From positions 1-64,000 of IMG/VR virus record IMGVR_UViG_3300042451_001197: a DNA stretch of 64,000 bases; one strand, 5' to 3'. The translations under genes and the position numbers were made by a program. Positions 49,597-58,052 of this stretch are shown here, piece after piece (the first letter of the stretch is position 1; the number at the start of each line of letters is the position of its first letter). Below the pieces are notes generated by a model, which was given only the letters and a program-made list of their open reading frames with translations, had not been told where the DNA came from and made no database searches. The stretch comes from a virus.

Positions 49597-50030
49597 ATTC
49601 TTATTTTAATCATAAATACAAATATAAGAATTTCCTTAAAATTTTTCCAGAATTTTTTTTTCAGTTTTACACGCCTTTAGAAATATGGGGGATTTTTCTT
49701 AAAAATTTTTTCCAGATTTTTTTTACATATACTTTGCAAAAGGGATTAAGGCGGGTTTTTACAAGTCAAAATGTCATATATAGGGGGGGATACGGGGGAG
49801 GGAGGGGGTATACCCCCATATACCCCCACTCAGAGGGGAGGTATGTCATACTATTTGGTCTTTTAACCCCCCTACCAATTAGGTCTTCTTATAAGTAAGA
49901 TATGGGGGTGATGTAATTACAATGACATAACCAAATAAACTTATCAACATATAATCCACCATGCCAAATATTGTTAATAAGTTATAATGTTAATAACTAT
50001 TAATACATTTTTATTTGGTGGGGGAGAATA
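49597..50030. other. Non-coding strand-switch region, candidate replication origin or packaging/terminus site
   Basis: Divergent gene blocks; G4 motif 49783-49808; palindrome 49804-49817; TTATCAACA and 2x TGTTAATAA; ~29-bp direct repeat. Confidence 0.45.
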
Positions 50031-50049
50031 AAGTTTGTATCTTTGTTAT

Positions 50050-50454
50050 ATGAAAAGTTCTACTAAACTAAACACCTTAACTAATAAACAATTAACGAAG
50101 GTACTGAAAAGTTCCCTTCAGTATTGTATGGTTACATTTGGGGTTAATAAAAGAAAGAGAACTACTCTTGGTATTAAGATATATGGTAACATGCTTGGGG
50201 ATAAGAGATGTGCTGGTTGTTATGACCCCATTGATAATAGTATATCATTATTTCTTAATGCTAATAAAACCGTTGGGGAGTTACTAAGAACATTTGTTCA
50301 CGAGTATACACATTATCTTCAACCTTGTAGAACTAAGTATATGGAACTGCTTAATACTCACGGGTATGATAATCATCCATTTGAGATTGAGGCATATTCT
50401 GTTGAGAAGAAGTATGGGAGAAAGTTATTAAACGTTATTAAAAAAGAAGTGTAA
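50050..50454 (+). CDS. Zincin-like protein (start revised), paralog of 51446..51868
   Basis: HEYTHYLQPC...HGYDNHPFEIEA; TTTG-N20-TATCTTTG promoter. Confidence 0.7.
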   Translation: MKSSTKLNTLTNKQLTKVLKSSLQYCMVTFGVNKRKRTTLGIKIYGNMLGDKRCAGCYDPIDNSISLFLNANKTVGELLRTFVHEYTHYLQPCRTKYMELLNTHGYDNHPFEIEAYSVEKKYGRKLLNVIKKEV

Positions 50455-50502
50455 TATTATCTTTAATAAATTTGTTTATGTCAAAATAATTTAGTATCTT
50501 TG

Positions 50503-50645
50503 TATTGTCGGTGGTGATAACCGAGACGGGTTCGATGGGGGTTCTTATCGCAGAGGGTATACTCCTTCACGCCCCAACTTTTATTTTACATATATAAGCA
50601 GGGTGGAGTATACTCGGTCCCCATCTTTAACAAATGATTACAATA
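50503..50645. ncRNA. Putative structured ncRNA between convergent promoters
   Basis: GC-rich; stems 50534-50540/50619-50625 and 50555-50565/50605-50615; promoters 50471-50502(+) and 50646-50677(-). Confidence 0.45.
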
Positions 50646-50713
50646 CAAAGGTATGAAAAAAAAATGACATAAACAAATTTTTTTATTTACAAATTATTTC
50701 GTATCTTTGTATT

Positions 50714-51043
50714 ATGGAAGATGTTGTAATCAGAATGGGAGTTAAATATCTTAAATCAAAAAGATTTAATGTTAATCAGCAATATGGATTTTACAAATTC
50801 TATGAATCTATAAACCATAATGAAATTGAGTTAAGTAAGAGTTGTTCATTCATTGATATCTATTCTTCCATATATAATGAACTTAAATATATATTATCTA
50901 CGGATGATGATACTATTAAGGTTATTGTAAAATCATTTCTTTCAGATAGTCTTTCAATACCGATGGATGAATTAACTGATACAATAGTTTGTTTTCCATT
51001 CAACATATCACTTTCAGGAACATCCTTTACAATTAATGGATAA
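50714..51043 (+). CDS. Hypothetical protein, possible distant member of the paralog family
   Basis: TATCTTTG 4 nt upstream. Confidence 0.55.
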   Translation: MEDVVIRMGVKYLKSKRFNVNQQYGFYKFYESINHNEIELSKSCSFIDIYSSIYNELKYILSTDDDTIKVIVKSFLSDSLSIPMDELTDTIVCFPFNISLSGTSFTING

Positions 51044-51449
51044 GAAAAAGAAAATAATATTTGATTGGCTTGATGATCAGTTTAGGGACTGCACCATTCA
51101 TTCACATTGTGATTATCCCCAATCTTACTTTTATAAAAAAGGTATTACTATAATCGGGGAACAGGATGTTAAGAACAATTACTTTTGGGTTCATAATGAT
51201 GAGGTGTGGGGATTTATTGAAAAGGTATTCACTATGGGGAAAGAAGAAGTAAGGGATGTATTAATGGAATGGTTTGAGCATATTGGAAACAAGAAACTTG
51301 GAGTTGGTCACATCCCCCTTTATGTTGTAGAGTTAGATAAATTATTAAACCCACCTATAACTGAATTAAAATATTATACTCCTCTCATTATTACAGATAA
51401 CGATTTAAGACCAGTATTAAAAGACGGAAAACTAAAACAAATAAGATGA
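51036..51449 (+). CDS. Member of the paralog family without the xE leader
   Basis: KKIIFDWLD...FIEKVF...VLMEWFE. Confidence 0.6.
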   Translation: MDKKKKIIFDWLDDQFRDCTIHSHCDYPQSYFYKKGITIIGEQDVKNNYFWVHNDEVWGFIEKVFTMGKEEVRDVLMEWFEHIGNKKLGVGHIPLYVVELDKLLNPPITELKYYTPLIITDNDLRPVLKDGKLKQIR

Positions 51450-51868
51450 AACTAAAAAAGAAAATGAAATTAAAAGATATCCCCAAAGAAGATATGTGGT
51501 ATATTGTGGACCTTCTCTCAGTTTTCTGTGGGAAAGAGATGGGGATTAATAAAAGAAGAAAAAAAGAATTGGTTTATGTCTTGGGGAAAAAAGAAGTTGA
51601 TGGTGTTCACGGGTATTACGACTCGGATGATAATGAGATTCACTTTATGAGAAAAAAAATTAAGACCTTGGATATGTTTATTAAAACTTTCATTCACGAA
51701 TATACTCATTACTTACAACCTTGTAAGACCCACTACTCAAGATTGTTAGATCTTCACGGATATGAGAATCACCCCTATGAAGTTGAAGCTTTTTCTAATG
51801 AGAATGTTTACTTTAAAAAAGCGTATAGAGAAATTAAGTATTGTTTTTCTTTAAGAGAAAATCCATAA
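51446..51868 (+). CDS. Zincin-like protein
   Basis: HEYTHYLQPC...HGYENHPYEVEA. Confidence 0.7.
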   Translation: MKLKKKMKLKDIPKEDMWYIVDLLSVFCGKEMGINKRRKKELVYVLGKKEVDGVHGYYDSDDNEIHFMRKKIKTLDMFIKTFIHEYTHYLQPCKTHYSRLLDLHGYENHPYEVEAFSNENVYFKKAYREIKYCFSLRENP

Positions 51869-52145
51869 CCCTATCATATGAATGATTTCTGATATCCATT
51901 GATACATCGTGAAAATCTTCTGATGATAATTTTTGGTTGTTGTGAATATCCTCTATAATGTCCCCCATCTCACAATGTGTTAATAATAGACACCTCTGAG
52001 AGATGGGTTTTTTATTTCCATTAAGATTCAGTTCCCTATACTCACAAGTCCCCTTATAATCATTTTTCTCATAATATACTTTGTATATGTTCTCGTTTTT
52101 TTCTATTGAGGTTTTGTAGTCCTCTAAAATACCTGTTTTGTACAT
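51834..52145 (-). CDS. Hypothetical protein
   Basis: ORF track. Confidence 0.5.
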   Translation of the reverse strand: MYKTGILEDYKTSIEKNENIYKVYYEKNDYKGTCEYRELNLNGNKKPISQRCLLLTHCEMGDIIEDIHNNQKLSSEDFHDVSMDIRNHSYDRVMDFLLKKNNT

Positions 52146-52965
52146 ACTTTTTATATAAAAATAATTGAGATATTGGTATTAATAAAGGGGATTGTTAATA
52201 AAAATATATGTTAAATTTCTTGATTTTGTCAAAATGTCAGTTGAGTGTCAGATAGGGGATAATCCCCTTCACTAACATTTCTTACCACTTATTCCCACTC
52301 CACCATTATTATTTACCCCCATTATTGTCGTTCTCAGTATCAAAAACGTAAAAAATCCCTTCTCCTGATATCGTAGGAACCATTTTTTTTACTATATACG
52401 TTTCCCAGAGAAAAATTAGAGTTATTGTCCATAAACGCGGGAAACACTTTAGTGTGTTAGAAGAGTCATTCATATACCTTCAACGGGGAACTTTAGTGAC
52501 AACTAAAGTGGTCAATTTACACCACTTTAAAGTCCCCTTCATTATGGGGAATATACTATTCTGATACCATATAAGTTATTAGTATTATCTTCTTATGAGA
52601 TGAAATCTCCCCATATAGATATTAAATTAACTTACCATAAATTATCATACTAAACAATTCCCCATTTTGGTTATTTTAAAATTTAGCTTGGACACTTTGT
52701 CCAAGTATATGTCCAAGTTCGATGATTTTTTTACTCAAATAATATCTTAATAACCGAATTTATCTACAACACAATAATAGAATTACCATATCATACTTAT
52801 AATTCCCTTCGTAAATGGGGACACCATAAATGGGGGAAAATAAAGGAACACAATTACGAATGAAAGTTTTTTAGTGACCCACATCGTAGATGGGGGGAAC
52901 GATTACGAAGTAAAAAAAACGTGAGTGAGTGATTGGGTTAATTTATTTTCGTATATTTATACTAT

Positions 52966-53244
52966 ATGGATATTTCTAAATCAAAATTAAAAGGTATTAA
53001 ATTAGTTTTAATTAAACATAGTAATGAATTGATTACTGATGTTGACTTCTTTGTTAACTACTTGGGTTATAGACCTGAGTTAGTTTTAATGGTTGATATT
53101 GATTGGGATAAATTACCCGATGATGTAAAGAACAAACCCGTTTATTATTTAAAGGAAAAGTATGGTGAATCTGTCCACAATATTTTAAAGATGTTGGAGA
53201 TTCCTTTTAATGGTGACATTAATTTTGAGGTGATGAACAAATAA
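52966..53244 (+). CDS. Hypothetical protein
   Basis: TATTTAT at 52954-52960. Confidence 0.6.
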   Translation: MDISKSKLKGIKLVLIKHSNELITDVDFFVNYLGYRPELVLMVDIDWDKLPDDVKNKPVYYLKEKYGESVHNILKMLEIPFNGDINFEVMNK

Positions 53245-53253
53245 TTATACTAT

Positions 53254-53586
53254 ATGAAATTTGAGATAGGTGACGATAAATTGGAACAGGTAATCTTTAA
53301 GTATTTAGATAGAAAAGATTTCATTATTGAGGAGACTGATGATGACTATTATTTTTTAGAAGATAAGAGTGATATAATTTCTAGGATTAGGGTTAAAAAA
53401 GATAATATGTATTGTCTTGTTCATTATAAATTATCAAAAGAACTTAAAACATTTTTTTCACTAAACGATGATTACTTAATTAAGGTATTAACAAATTATG
53501 TTAATAAAACTTTGGATATTAAATTATCAAAAATTGAAATAAAAAATGTTATTGGTTTATTCGTCGTTAACTATTGGTCTGAGTAA
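53254..53586 (+). CDS. Paralog-family protein
   Basis: MKFEIGDDKLEQVIFKYLD. Confidence 0.75.
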   Translation: MKFEIGDDKLEQVIFKYLDRKDFIIEETDDDYYFLEDKSDIISRIRVKKDNMYCLVHYKLSKELKTFFSLNDDYLIKVLTNYVNKTLDIKLSKIEIKNVIGLFVVNYWSE

Positions 53587-53619
53587 TTATGTTAATTTAT
53601 TTTCGTATATTTATACTAT

Positions 53620-53913
53620 ATGAAATTTGAAATTAATGAAAATAAGTTGGAGAAGGTTATCTTTAAGTACTTGGATAATAAGAATTTTGTTATTAGGGAA
53701 ACTCCTTTGGAGTATATCTTTTTGACTTTGGATGATAAATATCCTCCGATTAAGATTAGAAAAAACAATATGATTTGTCTTATTTATTTTAAATTAGTAA
53801 AGGAAATTAGTTCCTTTTTTTCTATTAGTGAAATTGATTCTAAAAACTTTATAAGTAGGTATGTTAAAAACAAATTTAATCTTAAAATTTCTGTCTCCTA
53901 TATTGACGGATAA
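53620..53913 (+). CDS. Paralog-family protein
   Basis: MKFEINENKLEKVIFKYLD. Confidence 0.75.
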   Translation: MKFEINENKLEKVIFKYLDNKNFVIRETPLEYIFLTLDDKYPPIKIRKNNMICLIYFKLVKEISSFFSISEIDSKNFISRYVKNKFNLKISVSYIDG

Positions 53914-53944
53914 TTAATCTTACCTCCCTTATATTTATTACTAT

Positions 53945-54250
53945 ATGAAATTTGAAATTAATGAGAATAAGTTAGATAAGATTATCTTTCGGTATTTAGA
54001 TGGTAAAAACTTTATCATTAAGGAGACTGATAATTTTTATTATTTTTTTGAAAATGAGTCCGATGAATATGTTGAGATTAAGGTTAGAAAACGTGATATG
54101 AGTTGTTTTATTAGATACGAATTATCTGATGAAATTAAATCGTTTTTTACAATTGATAATCTTAAAGTAAAAGATGTTTTAAAAAAATATATTAATAATA
54201 TTTTAAATGTTAAAATAACTAATTCTTACGATAGTATTAATTGGAGGTGA
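53945..54250 (+). CDS. Paralog-family protein
   Basis: MKFEINENKLDKIIFRYLD. Confidence 0.75.
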   Translation: MKFEINENKLDKIIFRYLDGKNFIIKETDNFYYFFENESDEYVEIKVRKRDMSCFIRYELSDEIKSFFTIDNLKVKDVLKKYINNILNVKITNSYDSINWR

Positions 54251-54271
54251 ATTATATATATTTATTACTAT

Positions 54272-54697
54272 ATGAAACTACAAGAACAAATACATAGAAT
54301 ACAAGAGATGATGGGTTTGAATGAGGATTATAAACCTATGGGAAAGAAACATAAACCAAGTAAATTTGTTTATCATAAATCCCCGCCTTTGGTTAGAGAT
54401 AGTATTCTTAAATCAGGTTTATTGGTATCTGTTGGTGATTGTTATAAAACATACTCTGAAAACTTTTCTAAAGAAGAATGTGTTCCCGCTGTGTTTGCAA
54501 CTGATTCTGAAAATGAAAATTATTGGTATGAATCAACTTGGGATGATGATGTTTGGATGATTGATACAGAATGTGCTGGTGTTACTTGGTATAAAGATAA
54601 TCATTATGAAGATTATGATTACCATATTGTCACCTTTGAAGATATATCTCCCGATTGTATAAAATTAATCTATAAAGGAACGGGGGAAGATAATTAA
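54272..54697 (+). CDS. Possible ADP-ribosyltransferase-fold protein with MKLQEQI leader
   Basis: VYHKS....DSILKSGL...AVFAT...IVTFEDISPDCI. Confidence 0.45.
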   Translation: MKLQEQIHRIQEMMGLNEDYKPMGKKHKPSKFVYHKSPPLVRDSILKSGLLVSVGDCYKTYSENFSKEECVPAVFATDSENENYWYESTWDDDVWMIDTECAGVTWYKDNHYEDYDYHIVTFEDISPDCIKLIYKGTGEDN

Positions 54698-54698
54698 T

Positions 54699-55010
54699 AT
54701 GAAATTCGAGATAAGTGATAATAAGTTGGAGAAGGTTGTCTTTAAGTATTTGGAAGGTAAGAACTTTATCATTAGGGAAACCCCTTATGATTATTACTTT
54801 TTGGAAAACGAGGGCGATAAATATGTTCAAATTAGAATCAGAAAAAATGATATGGTTTGTTTTATTTATTACAAATTAAGTGAAGAAATTGAATCGTTTT
54901 TTTCAATTGAATTTCCTATGGTTAAAGATGTTTTAAAAAAATATGTTGAGAATATCCTAAATATTAAAGTATCTAAAACATTTTTATCTCCAACTATTTT
55001 AATTGCGTAG
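54699..55010 (+). CDS. Paralog-family protein
   Basis: MKFEISDNKLEKVVFKYLE...YVENILNIKVSKT. Confidence 0.75.
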   Translation: MKFEISDNKLEKVVFKYLEGKNFIIRETPYDYYFLENEGDKYVQIRIRKNDMVCFIYYKLSEEIESFFSIEFPMVKDVLKKYVENILNIKVSKTFLSPTILIA

Positions 55011-55030
55011 TTGAGAATACCTTAAATTAA
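54945..55030 (+). repeat. CRISPR-like mini-array 1: repeat, 30-nt spacer, half repeat
   Basis: GTTGAGAATATCCTAAATATTAAAGTATCTAAAAC / ATTTTTATCTCCAACTATTTTAATTGCGTA / GTTGAGAATACCTTAAAT. Confidence 0.7.
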
Positions 55031-55046
55031 TCTATTTATGTAATAA

Positions 55047-55373
55047 ATGAAATTTTTAATAACAGAAAATAAATTGGATAATATAATCTTTCAGTATTTG
55101 GATAATAAGAACTTTATCATTAAAGAAACTCCTTATGATTATTACTTTTTAGAAAACGAAGATGATGAATATCTTCAGATTAGAGTTAGAAAAAGTGATA
55201 TGGAGTGTTCTTTATTCTATGATTTAACCGAAGAAATTAAATCATTTTTTTCAATTAATAAACTTAAAATCAAAGATGTTTTAACAAGATATGTTGAGGA
55301 GACCTTAAACATTAAAGTTTCTCACGTATGGATGGATGGGTCGTTACACATCTCGATGTTAAAAAAGGGTTAA
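55047..55373 (+). CDS. Paralog-family protein
   Basis: MKFLITENKLDNIIFQYLD...YVEETLNIKVS. Confidence 0.75.
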   Translation: MKFLITENKLDNIIFQYLDNKNFIIKETPYDYYFLENEDDEYLQIRVRKSDMECSLFYDLTEEIKSFFSINKLKIKDVLTRYVEETLNIKVSHVWMDGSLHISMLKKG

Positions 55374-55380
55374 AATATTA
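55293..55380 (+). repeat. CRISPR-like mini-array 2 (degenerate)
   Basis: GTTGAGGAGACCTTAAACATTAAAGTTTCTCACGT / 30 nt / GTTAAAAAAGGGTTAAAATATTA. Confidence 0.5.
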
Positions 55381-55392
55381 TATTTATGTTAT

Positions 55393-55749
55393 ATGAAATT
55401 CTTAATCACCGAAAATAAATTGGATAGGATTATTGATTCTTTTATCACCAAACAATTTGAAAATTTGGAACATATTAAAGAAGGTAATTTGGTTGTTTGG
55501 GTTGACCCTGATAAAAAACCATATGTACTTATTAGACACGATGATAATGGTGATTACGATATTAATATTTTGGAAAGTATTTATTTTTTGATTAGTGATA
55601 TGTTTTCTATTAAAGAACTTGAAGATGTGGAGAAATACTTATTAAAATGGTTTGAAAAACACACGGGGATGATTGCCGATGTTGTTTTCGCATTTGATAA
55701 CGATATAACCTATGAAGAAATTATTAGTATATATATTAAAGGTGCCTAA
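55393..55749 (+). CDS. Paralog-family protein
   Basis: MKFLITENKLDRII...MFSI...KWFE. Confidence 0.7.
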   Translation: MKFLITENKLDRIIDSFITKQFENLEHIKEGNLVVWVDPDKKPYVLIRHDDNGDYDINILESIYFLISDMFSIKELEDVEKYLLKWFEKHTGMIADVVFAFDNDITYEEIISIYIKGA

Positions 55750-55803
55750 CACCAATAAAGAATTTTACCGGTTTTTCAATTTATTGATAATACCTTAAAT
55801 TAA
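55732..55803 (+). repeat. CRISPR-like mini-array 3 (3' half repeat, 30-nt spacer, 5' half repeat)
   Basis: TATATTAAAGGTGCCTAACAC / CAATAAAGAATTTTACCGGTTTTTCAATTT / ATTGATAATACCTTAAAT. Confidence 0.6.
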
Positions 55804-55819
55804 TGTATTTATGTAATAT

Positions 55820-56167
55820 ATGAAATTCTTAATCACCGAAAATAAACTTACCAAAGTTATTCAAAAATATATTAATTTTAAAACTAATGACCCTGAATTT
55901 AATTGGGTGGATAAAATTGTTATTGAACGTGGAACAACTGAAGGAATTGGTTCTGATATATTCCCCCTGTATACTTACAAAGTTTATTTTAAAGAAGATA
56001 ATCCCGATTACGAATCACAATTAAAATTATGGCATGTTATATCTTCCGCCCATAAGTTATTATTTCAATCGGATAATGAGGGAAATCCTGTGGCTTATTT
56101 TACCACATCTTCCATTAAACCTGATGGTTCAACTGATTCATTACCAAGCTATCAAAGTAAAAGTTAA
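55820..56167 (+). CDS. ITE-leader protein
   Basis: MKFLITENKL; 5' DNA identical to that of 55393, body different. Confidence 0.7.
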   Translation: MKFLITENKLTKVIQKYINFKTNDPEFNWVDKIVIERGTTEGIGSDIFPLYTYKVYFKEDNPDYESQLKLWHVISSAHKLLFQSDNEGNPVAYFTTSSIKPDGSTDSLPSYQSKS

Positions 56168-56183
56168 TGCATATTTATACCAT

Positions 56184-56504
56184 ATGAAATTCGAGATAAA
56201 TAGTGATAAATTGGGGCAGGTAATTTTTAAGTATTTGACTATTAAATTATCTATTAAAGAAACTCCCGACGGTTATTATTTTTCAGAAGATGGAAATAAT
56301 GCACATATTGTGGTTAGAAAAGACAATATGATTTGTTATGTTAGTATTGATTTTTTGGATGAAATTGAATCATTTTTTTCTATTGAATATCCTTACTCTA
56401 TAGATTTTGTTAGTGAATACGTTGAAAATATTTTAGGTGTTAACTTGCTCAGGACTGTACCATATCTTAAAAGTTGGATTGTTCCTCCCCCTGATAATAA
56501 TTAA
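56184..56504 (+). CDS. Paralog-family protein (start revised)
   Basis: MKFEINSDKLGQVIFKYL; TATTTAT at 56172-56178. Confidence 0.72.
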   Translation: MKFEINSDKLGQVIFKYLTIKLSIKETPDGYYFSEDGNNAHIVVRKDNMICYVSIDFLDEIESFFSIEYPYSIDFVSEYVENILGVNLLRTVPYLKSWIVPPPDNN

Positions 56505-56553
56505 TTAAAATTTTGTATTTGTTTATTTGATAATTTATCATTATCTTTGTATT

Positions 56554-57276
56554 ATGATTTCAGATAAAATTAAAAAAATTATATTTGATAAATTATATAA
56601 GGATTTATCTAATGTTGAGATTATTCCCCACGAAAATAGTATTTGGTTTATAGATAGGGAAGAGAAGTATTGGTATTTTGAATTTACCAAGTCAGGTGAA
56701 TTGTGGTGGAGATATTCTTTCTTTGTTGATTTTTTTCAGTTTTTTTCTATGGAATATAAGGAGTTTGTACCGATTATTAGTGAATGGGTGGAAGAGGTTT
56801 TGAATTCTAAGGTGTTTGAAACAGGGAAATTATTTTACGACTATGCACCTGAAGTGGAAGAGATATTAAATTCTAAGGTATCTACAACTGAAAGTTTATC
56901 CTTTAAGTCAGTAGGGTTGGTGGAAGAGGTATTAAATTTTAAGGTGTCTACAACTACTTCTAAATTTTCAAAAAAAAGCATTATGGTGGAAGAGGTATTA
57001 AATTCTAAGGTGTCTACAACTACGAAAAGACATTCCCCACATATCAGACAGGTGGAAAAAGTGTTAAATTCTAAGGTGTCTACAACAATTCAGGCACAAT
57101 TTCTTCTTCAGTCTCGGGTGGAAGAGATATTAAATTCTAAGGTATCGACAACTTGGTTAAATGGTTGTAATAGGGATGAAAAGGTTGGGGAAGTATTGGA
57201 TTGTAAGGTGACTGAAACCAAATTAGGTCCTACAAGTAAATTTTATGAAATAAATAAGGTTTTATCTCAAACATAA
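56554..57276 (+). CDS. Paralog-family domain fused to seven 22-aa repeats with hypervariable 10-aa inserts (start revised)
   Basis: TATCTTTG 4 nt before ATG 56554; VEEVLNSKVSTT repeats. Confidence 0.8.
   Translation: MISDKIKKIIFDKLYKDLSNVEIIPHENSIWFIDREEKYWYFEFTKSGELWWRYSFFVDFFQFFSMEYKEFVPIISEWVEEVLNSKVFETGKLFYDYAPEVEEILNSKVSTTESLSFKSVGLVEEVLNFKVSTTTSKFSKKSIMVEEVLNSKVSTTTKRHSPHIRQVEKVLNSKVSTTIQAQFLLQSRVEEILNSKVSTTWLNGCNRDEKVGEVLDCKVTETKLGPTSKFYEINKVLSQT
56787..57248 (+). CRISPR. CRISPR-like array inside a CDS: 7 x 36-nt repeat plus 30-nt unique spacers
   Basis: Consensus GGTGGAAGAGGTATTAAATTCTAAGGTGTCTACAAC at 56787, 56853, 56919, 56985, 57051, 57117, 57183; exact 66-nt period; unrelated spacers; no cas gene in the window. 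Confidence 0.55.
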
Positions 57277-57307
57277 CTTAATTCAACATCTCATATATTT
57301 ATATGAT

Positions 57308-57616
57308 ATGAAATTCGAGATTAGTGGTGGTAAATTGGAACAAGTAATATTTAAATACTTGGACGGTAAAAACTTTACCATTAGGGAAACTCCAACCAAT
57401 TATTATTTTTTTGGTGAGCCTCCACACCATTACGCAACAATAAATGTTAGAAAAAGTGATGAGAAGTGTTTTATATATCCAAACCTAATTGAACATCTAT
57501 CTTCTTTTTTTTCTATTAGTGATATAATGTCAACTGACATTATATTAAAATATACCGAAAGTAAACTGAATAATGAATCAACTTCATTATCTCTAAAACT
57601 ATATGGTGATAATTAG
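57308..57616 (+). CDS. Paralog-family protein
   Basis: MKFEISGGKLEQVIFKYLD. Confidence 0.75.
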   Translation: MKFEISGGKLEQVIFKYLDGKNFTIRETPTNYYFFGEPPHHYATINVRKSDEKCFIYPNLIEHLSSFFSISDIMSTDIILKYTESKLNNESTSLSLKLYGDN

Positions 57617-57993
57617 TCGTTCACCCTCTCTATATTAACCATTTTACCATCAGTAAACTTAGCTGAGAACTCAAACCAAGTTTCATTAACATTTGTGTAG
57701 AATCTAACATATCCGTGGTGATTAATTGTCTCAAGTCTTTCGTTAACTCTTCTTAAACAACCAAAAAGATTAGATATTCCAACCTCATTCATATATGGTC
57801 TTTCTTCATTTGGAACTTCTTCCATTTCAAACCTGTTAACTTTAATCTCACCTTCATTGGTTATGTAAATTTCAGTTAATTCTCTGTCAAAATCCTTTGT
57901 CTGAAATTCGTGATTTTCACCAATTAGTTCCTTTTCTTCTTTTGTTATTGGAAGTAAATTTGTATCAATAAATAAGTAATCGAACATTCCCAT
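57613..57993 (-). CDS. Hypothetical phage protein
   Basis: MGMFD...FQTKD...FYT...AKFTDG; TACCTTTG promoter upstream. Confidence 0.7.
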   Translation of the reverse strand: MGMFDYLFIDTNLLPITKEEKELIGENHEFQTKDFDRELTEIYITNEGEIKVNRFEMEEVPNEERPYMNEVGISNLFGCLRRVNERLETINHHGYVRFYTNVNETWFEFSAKFTDGKMVNIERVND

Positions 57994-58052
57994 ATCTTTT
58001 TCTTTTTTACAAAGGTAATAAAATATTATGGGAAAAACAAATATTTATTAAT

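Noticed and set aside
50506-50580. tRNA suggested by GGGTTCGAT
   Set aside because: No cloverleaf, acceptor stem or correctly placed anticodon arm; treated as another structured element.
53500-54250. Mini-arrays at the ends of 53254, 53620 and 53945 (also 56184)
   Set aside because: Only the protein motif is recognisable; the second half repeat is too degenerate to call.
56034-56183. Extended N-termini from the ORF track (also 23939, 24752, 30123, 39273, 39861, 43515, 45984, 50035, 56527)
   Set aside because: Downstream ATGs fit the promoter motifs and/or family N-termini better; starts were revised.
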